Made by a program: the position numbers and the translations under genes
Shown here: positions 56,670 through 64,000 of the stretch, in pieces
Position numbering within the stretch: the first letter of the stretch is position 1
Layout of the letters: the number at the start of each line of letters is the position of its first letter
Assembly: GCA_951406725.2 (NCBI GenBank)
Contig: OX597817.1
Location: forward strand, 172,298,001 to 172,362,000
Direction: 5' to 3'
From: Octopus vulgaris
Taxonomy: Eukaryota
Length of the DNA stretch: 64,000 bases
The notes under the pieces: generated by a model
What the model was told of the DNA's origin: nothing
The model's input: the letters and a program-made list of their open reading frames with translations, nothing else
Databases searched by the model: none

Positions 56670-57037
56670 TGGACCACATGGTTCCGGATTTAGTCCCACC
56701 AGGTGTTGCCTTATGCAAGAGTCTTCTACTGTAGCCCGGAGCGACCAGTGCTTTGTGAGTAGACGGAAACTGAAAGAAGCCTGTTGTATGTGTGTACATG
56801 TGTGTGTGCGTGTGCGCGCGTATGTGTGTGTGGAGGGGATGCCTTTTATCCCCGTGTGACAGTCAAAGTTGGTTTGTTTACGCCTCCGTGTCGTAGCGGT
56901 TCAGCAAAAGAGACCGACAGGATAAGTACCCCGTTTAAAAAATAAGTACTGGGGTAGACTCCTTCGATTAAACGTTTCAAGGCGGTGCCACAACATCCTC
57001 GCAGTCCAGTGACTGAAACAAGTACAAGATGAAAAGA

Positions 57038-57038
<1 letters not shown>
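56670..57038 (+). mobile_element. SINE family A, older copy
   Basis: accacatggttccgg..agacggaaactgaaagaagcctg..aggcggtgcc..tgactgaaacaagta. Confidence 0.85.
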
Positions 57039-57087
<49 letters not shown>

Positions 57088-57092
57088 TGTTT

Positions 57093-57500
57093 CGTGGCTG
57101 TGTGGTCAGTAGCTTTCTTACCAACCACATGGTTCCGGGTTCAGTCCCACTGCGTGGCATCTTGGGCAAGTGTCTTCTGCTATAGCCTCGGGCCGACCAA
57201 TGCCTTGTGAGTAAATTTGGTAGACGGAAACTGAAAGAAGCCTGTCGTATATATGTACATATACATATATGTATGTGCGTGTATATATGTTTGTGCGTCT
57301 GTGTTTGTCTCCCTAGCATTGCTTGACAACCGATGCTGGTGTGTTTACGTCCCCGTAACATAGCGGTTCGGCAAAAGGAGACCGATAGAATAAGTACTGG
57401 GCTTACAAAGAATAAGTCCCGGAGTCAATTTGCTCGACTAAAGGCGGTGCTCCAGCATGGCCGCAGTCAAATGACTGAAACAAGTAAAAGAGTAAAAGAG
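57093..57500 (+). mobile_element. SINE family A, young copy
   Basis: Near-identical to 30811-31248. Confidence 0.9.
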
Positions 57501-57531
57501 AGAGAGAGAGTATAATATGTATATATATATA

Positions 57532-58037
57532 TCTATATATATAAAACTCTAGTTGTGTGAGTGTCTGTCCCCTTCGATTTAGATTCCTAACTCCTCCCAC
57601 ATTTTGCGGTGCAGTTTAACCAAATTCGGGTATCTTATAGTCGTGATTCATATCGAGCCCGTCTGAGTATTAGCGCGCGTCTACGATGAGTCTACGATTT
57701 TAAAAATAATTTAACATCATTTTTTATTCCATTTTAATGCATAAAATGCATCGTGTGTCGATGGCGGCGGAGTTGGCGTCCATGGTCACAGCTGCACCTG
57801 TTTGCTTCTCCCCATTCCCTCCCTCGTGAAGCTGTGGGGAAGGGAGTGTAAAGAAATCAACGTCGTAATGCGTTGTGAAGGAAACCAGCGTTCTTTTAGA
57901 ACAACGACTTCATGGCTTGAAGACACCAAAACAAAAATGGCTAAGAAAGCCCGAATTTATAAGGGAAGTAACTCTCTAAAAATGCTTATATAGTTATTTC
58001 CCTTACAAATCCGAGCAACGCCGGGCGATACTGCTAG
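57532..58037 (+). mobile_element. Non-autonomous Helitron
   Basis: a|TCtatatatataaa start; 3' ccgagcaacgccgggcgatactgCTAG|t, shared with 55399-55774. Confidence 0.8.
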
Positions 58038-58082
58038 TATATATATATATATATTAAATTTCTAAATTGACAGTATACAACC

Positions 58083-58116
<34 letters not shown>

Positions 58117-58424
58117 GCATATATACACATGCATATATGCAGACAGACCTACACATTGGTGCGTGAACCCAAAATGAAACGACAATACCAAAAGACGCCC
58201 CTCTTCTCTCGATCAAGCGTCAAACCTCCGATAAAAAGGGACGTGGATAGGAGAAATGTATGTCTGCCTCGTTCTGGTATTCAGCTCGTAATGGATATTG
58301 GAAATCGAGTGCAGCATTCACATCGTTACTTAGCGACAAAGTATTTCTCAGAGCAATGTCGCTTTAGATACTTCTTGTTCCTCCTCCCCCCCCCCACTCT
58401 CTCTCTCTCTCTCTCTCTTTGTCG

Positions 58425-58462
<38 letters not shown>

Positions 58463-58584
58463 TTCTCTCTCTCCCTCTCATTCACCCACTTGTGCGCTTT
58501 TTCGTTCGTTCGTTCGTTTGCTTGTTCTTCCTTTCTTTTTTCTATCACTCATCTCATTCTTAACGCATGCAAAATCACACACTA

Positions 58585-58636
<52 letters not shown>

Positions 58637-58641
58637 GTATG

Positions 58642-58694
<53 letters not shown>

Positions 58695-59677
58695 CTACCG
58701 AATGAAAAGACACTTAATAGAGTGAATAGTATTTGCGTATGAATCAGTGGGTTGCTAAGTGACCAAATGCCACTTTAGAAATTGTGCTAGGATTTTCATC
58801 CAAGTATTGTGTAGTAATCATATTAATAATCTCACATTTAATAGATCACGTAGTATCGCTCTATATTATACAAGGTATTCGGTTATGTTTACAGTGAACG
58901 TCCGTATTAGGAGAATGATGACAGAATGAGAATAGTAACTCTATAATAATATAGTGTATTACATATATCGTAATTATAACAATTATGATAGTTCTATTAT
59001 TGTTATTTAAGTTCATGGGTACTGGTACACAGTTTTCAGTAGTTCCAACCCTATTATTGGTGGTGCCGTCTTTATACCATGTCCCAACCTCCCTGCTTTG
59101 ATATATTTTTATTGCTAGCTGAGCTCATAAAGAATTATTTCGGTGATTAATCCAAAACATTGGAAAGTTCTATATTACATATACTCACACACAAAACAAA
59201 AACATTCCTCAAAGACCCAAGAGGTAAATTTTGTCAAATATTTTAGCCTTTTCAGAGGACGAATGGAATGTTCTGAGTTTTTGAATGTTAGATACGGATC
59301 TGTTTCCTATGCAATGTTTGAAGGGCTGTGAGGAGAGAAACTGCCAAGCAATGTAACAATACCTTCCAGTCCCTCTGTTTTAATTATTTTCTTGTATTCC
59401 TAAGTGTTTGGGGAAGCTTTCCAGAACTCCTTTTACATACACAGATATACACATACACACAGACGCGCACGCACTCACACATACACACAACCACACACAC
59501 AAGCACACATACATACATACATACATACATACATACATACATACATACATACATACACTCACACTCATAAATATAAACATACCAGTATATATTATCTGTG
59601 TATATGTATATACACACATACACACAAATATACATACGCACATGCATACATATATACATGCATACATACATATATAC

Positions 59678-59710
<33 letters not shown>

Positions 59711-60014
59711 TAATATATATGTATATAAATTGCTAATATACATATATATTTTTTATACACTATATGTGTGTGTGTGTGTGTTTGTGTGTGTGTACGTTTT
59801 ATGTATGTATGTATGTATTTATGTATGTATGTACGAACGTATAGTGCCGATGCATATATCAAGCTGGTTAGCTGGTGTTTCAGGATTGACCTACAAAATT
59901 GTGAACTGTTCTCCAACCTAGAAGCGCGAAACGTGTCAGTCAAACGGATTGAAGTGCACGTACTTAGACTCAACCAAGCAGTTCCTAAGAAAATAGATGT
60001 TTTTGATATTATTT

Positions 60015-60235
60015 AGCTCCAGGTGAACTGGGGCTAGGACTAGTGGGAGGTCCCGCATCAGATGTCTGCATATGATGGGAAAAGAACTCCAGCGGCAGAG
60101 GCTGGTACGGAACCGGCAGCGATGGAGAGCGCTAATGGAACTGGTCGGTTCTACGCATGATGACGCCTCTGGGACCACTAACTTGGAATTACCCCAACCC
60201 AAGAAGCCAGAAGCCTGCCCAACTGTGAATTAATA
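60015..60235 (+). mobile_element. Possible RTE-like LINE C-terminal fragment
   Basis: R..GRSRIR...RLVRNRQRWRALM resembles the RTE C-terminal GRP..RW / (D/N)R..WR pattern. Confidence 0.45.
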
Positions 60236-60635
60236 AACTCATAGTCAAAATCATTTTAGCCGTGACCATTCCGTCATTGTTGCATTATGAAGCGCTACAT
60301 TATCCATTAATTCTGTTTCGTTCCAAAACGATACAATGTCATTTGTGAGAGATTTTGGCGCGATTTCGAACATGTTGCGTTATCGCATAGTTGAGGTTCT
60401 CTGTGGATAATGTTGGGATATGAGGTACTCGTACATATAACAATTCTTCAGTTACGAAATAGATTCAGGTATTCGAATGTTCTGTGTTAAAAGCGGAGAT
60501 TATTTTATTTGGTGCGAGAGGGGATTCCTGTCCGGAAATTATGAAACTTTAAGGATTTAAAAGGCTCCTTTTATTGTTAGCAAACAATACTGATAGTCAG
60601 GAAAAATTGGATTAAAACAGGACCTATTGTTTCTT

Positions 60636-60852
60636 ATTTCTTTAATGCCTACAAGGAGCTAAACATAGAGGGTACAAACAAGGACAGACAAATGGATTAA
60701 GTCGATTACATTGATCCCAGTGCGTAACTGGTACTTAATTTATCGACCCCGAAAGGATGAAAGGCAAAGTCGACCTTGGCGGAATTTGAACTCAGAACGT
60801 AACAGCAGATGAAATACAGCGTGCTATCGTTTCTGCCAGCAGCTCGCCGCCT
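60636..60852 (-). mobile_element. SINE family B
   Basis: Reverse-complement match to 29978-30200 with an internal deletion. Confidence 0.88.
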
Positions 60853-62045
60853 TCGACAGGAGTTATTGTTTCTACCATAGTAACACTAGTAACGTATTTA
60901 ACTCTTGAAGTTCAGTCCACTCAAGTTTTGTGTCAGGCCTCGCAAAGTTTACTTCTATGCGTAACGGAGGCACTGAAAATTTGACGAGTGTTTTGTTTGA
61001 TTGCAGTGCTTAATTAAATTCCTATCAAAAACCAAAAGGCTACTTGTAACATAACTATGTAAATCCAGAAATATTTGTCTGTTTCTCAAAATCTTAAAAT
61101 AATGGAAGATAAAGCTCATTTTGGAATATGATTAGCATTTTAGCATATATATTTAGCGTATAGAACATCAAAATCTTATTAGAGGTCTGTAGCTTACTTT
61201 CATCTCTCATGACGTCAAGTATTACTTTAATATCACTTATAGACTATTGCTGGATATATGTTTTTATCTGTAACACATAACACAAGAACTTTCAGAGATT
61301 TTACGAATAAAGCAACATAAGCCCAAACTATTTAGTTTCACATTAACCTGTAAATCTTATGCTTAATTTTCATGTTTTGTCGACATCTTTCAGTTTGTCA
61401 CATATAATAGCATGATCGAATTCGTAAAAGGATTTTCAAAAAAACATGAAGGTATACGCAGTTAACTCTTGATTTGGATAACTAAAGCTTTTGAGGCTTA
61501 CACATAAATCACTAGCCAGGCAGTTTCGTGATATGCAGAAACTGCAATCGCGTTGCTTATTACACAAAAGTTTACCAGTCAAGTGTTGGAGTTGATAGTA
61601 TTAACTAAGACCTTACCGTAAAATAGCGGATTTGTGCCTAAATTAGATATAATTATTATATTGTTAGATAAATTATTATCTTTTCACTTATAAATCTCTT
61701 CAGAACATTTGATAGATTTAATGCAATATGTATGTAGATAGTGAGTCATAATGGAATGCCATATTTTGAGATAAGATGTTGTAATTTTCCTTTCAGAATA
61801 TTCGGGAGTCATTCAGTGTCTAAGTAACTTTGGAATATATAATACAGATAAATTATATATGCTGATATATTATCCGTGACGAGATGCCGCTTTGTCTGAT
61901 ACGCACATAAAAAGTTACAATTTCGGGGATGAAAAGAAATTAAACTATAAATCTAATAAATGAAATACAAGTGGTTGAACCTTACATTAACACATAAGTA
62001 AAATTATTAATTACAGTACTTACAATTAATTACTGTACTTATATA

Positions 62046-62255
62046 TACCAGGGGTTGCTGAAGAGTTCTTGGTTTTAAGACTATCGCAAGAGGCCTGGCT
62101 GGAGGCCCTGTCTTCCGAGTTCTTTTACAGGGCTAAGAAAACTGAAGGACCGTCGCAATAAGTATGTGACTCAGTGAGGAGAATATGTTGAGTAAAATCG
62201 TAACTGATGACTGACTCCTGTATTAATCTTTTTCACAAAGACAGGAACTTTTTAT
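62046..62255. mobile_element. Mariner-like MITE
   Basis: ta-ccaggggttgctgaagagttcttgg ... caggaactttt; body is related in reverse orientation to 47720-47930. Confidence 0.55.
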
Positions 62256-63101
62256 GTGTATATAAAGGCTTCTAACAGTTTCTTGCCATAGAAACATTGA
62301 AATTAGGCAGATTTATATAACGTGATTTGTGTCTCCAAAATGGTGGTGAACACTTTTCTCCATGTGATCGGCTTGAAAAATTGTTAAAACACTCGGATAT
62401 TTTCCTACTTTTTTAACATGAAACCTATGTTAAGCACTCATTTTCATCGTTCGACATATATATATGTATATGTATATACACTTACATTTATGTGCGTGTG
62501 TTTGTATATATGCGCGCGAGCGTTAACTGGAGAAGGGTGACGAGTGACAATTATTTAAATAATAATAACAATTATAAGCTTTACACTCATTTAAAAGACA
62601 TCATTATTATTATCAATAATATTAATACGGTTTGTTTTGTTTGTTTTTGTCTGTGCTTGTGGTGTGTGTCACACTTACTTCAATGGAGGAAGTGAGTGGC
62701 AAAGCGAGAGGTAGGAGAACAGAGGAAGTAAAAAAAAGAGAGAGTGTGAGAAAGAAGGAGAGAAAGAGAGAGGGTGGAAGAGACAGTGAGTGGTGACGGC
62801 GTTCGCTTTGTATGTCTAAATGTTTATCACATCGCAAGAAAAGTAGATACGTAGATCGAAAGAAAAGTTGATACATAGATATATAGACGCAGCAAATATT
62901 AGTTGTTACTTTCACTTTTCATTACCACATGAGGATAAAATTAACCCGCAAGTGGCTGAGTACTCTACAGATATGCATATCATTAACGTAGTTCTCAGGG
63001 AGATTCAACCTCACACAGATTCAACTTCATTCTTCGCCCTTGTAGCAAATAAATGAAATCATCACCATCATCATCATCATCATCATCATCATCATTATAT
63101 A

Positions 63102-63134
<33 letters not shown>

Positions 63135-63154
63135 ATATATCTGTGTGTATATAG

Positions 63155-63347
63155 TGTGTTTGTTTGTGTCTGTGTTTGTCCCCCACCATCACCCGTGTTA
63201 ATGTTTTTTTACGCCCTCGTTACCTAGCAAAAGAAACTGATAGTGTAAGTACCAGGCTTTAAAAATATTCCCTGATCGATTGCTCGACTAAAACCCCTCA
63301 AGGCGGTGCCCCAGCATGGCCTCAGTCAAATGACTAAAACAAGTAAA
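63155..63347 (+). mobile_element. SINE family A, 3' half
   Basis: gtgtctgtgtttgtcccc..tgctcgactaa..aggcggtgccccagcatggcc.cagtcaaatgact. Confidence 0.85.
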
Positions 63348-64000
63348 GCAAAATATCGTTTATAAAAATACACGCATGGAAATGAAATGAGAATACTGAA
63401 GCAAATGTAAATTAACATTTTTTACAGGATATACGTTAATCCTTTGAACCCACTTGTAGACTTTAGAGTGCACCATTTCGTTAAGCCATGCCCCTGGAAG
63501 ACGCAAAAACTGACTGCTTAATACTTACGTGTTTACCGTTCGTTAATCGGCAGAAACATCGTTATGTTCAACCGTAAATACAAAACCATGTGGCTACCCA
63601 CTTTTGCTTCTTCCAGGAGCATTATGGCCAATGGAAATTTCACCCACCAGCGCGTATTCGCGGGTTTAAAAGATTAAATAAATACCTGGTCTGATATAAC
63701 ACGGTGATTTATACGATATTCAATAAAACCTCTAGCTGTTTCTAAAAGATTCGCCTTTCTTGCTAATTGAGACAATTTATTCTCAATTATATTTTTTTCA
63801 CCCAGTTGTAAATTTGTACCAGAAGGTTGAATTACTCGTAGATATACACCATGCGGAACTGCAAATGAACAAGTGTTTTGCTAGGTTTAAACTGTTAGTC
63901 TGTAACAAATCGAAATGTTAGTTTGGAAAGGTATGGGTTCCACCAGATTATATTTCCACAAAAACATGAAGACTCTTATTATCCAGCAAGTTTATGAAAC

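Noticed and set aside
59884-59941. cgaaacgtgtc resembling the 3' half of an HHR
   Set aside because: No CUGANGA box or stem II upstream

Overview
This is an AT-rich, repeat-saturated eukaryotic window. It is most likely from an octopus/cephalopod genome; this is inferred from the very long (TA)n/(TACA)n/(TAA)n/(GTAG)n tracts and the abundant tRNA-headed SINE families. No host protein-coding gene, rRNA, true tRNA or CRISPR array is supportable, and most listed ORFs are microsatellite artefacts. Recognisable content: one Penelope-like element with an open 599-aa RT + GIY-YIG frame, many R4/Dong-type (REL endonuclease) LINE fragments stacked in (TAA)n, CR1/L2-like and RTE LINE ends, a decayed Gypsy pol, mariner/Tc1 and Chapaev3-like DNA transposon relics, non-autonomous Helitrons, and more than 20 SINE copies. 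The most interesting layer is non-coding. At least six unrelated minimal type-I hammerhead ribozyme (HHR) motifs can be read by eye. One lies in the 3' region of the Penelope element, one at the tip of a ~290-nt rod-like retrozyme-like element, one at the 3' end of a tRNA-headed SINE-like element, and a head-to-head pair lies inside a ~520-bp palindrome. Together they suggest a set of ribozyme-carrying non-autonomous RNAs mobilised by Penelope-like RTs into microsatellites. All structures were paired by eye; no folding or database search was run, and many repeat boundaries are approximate.
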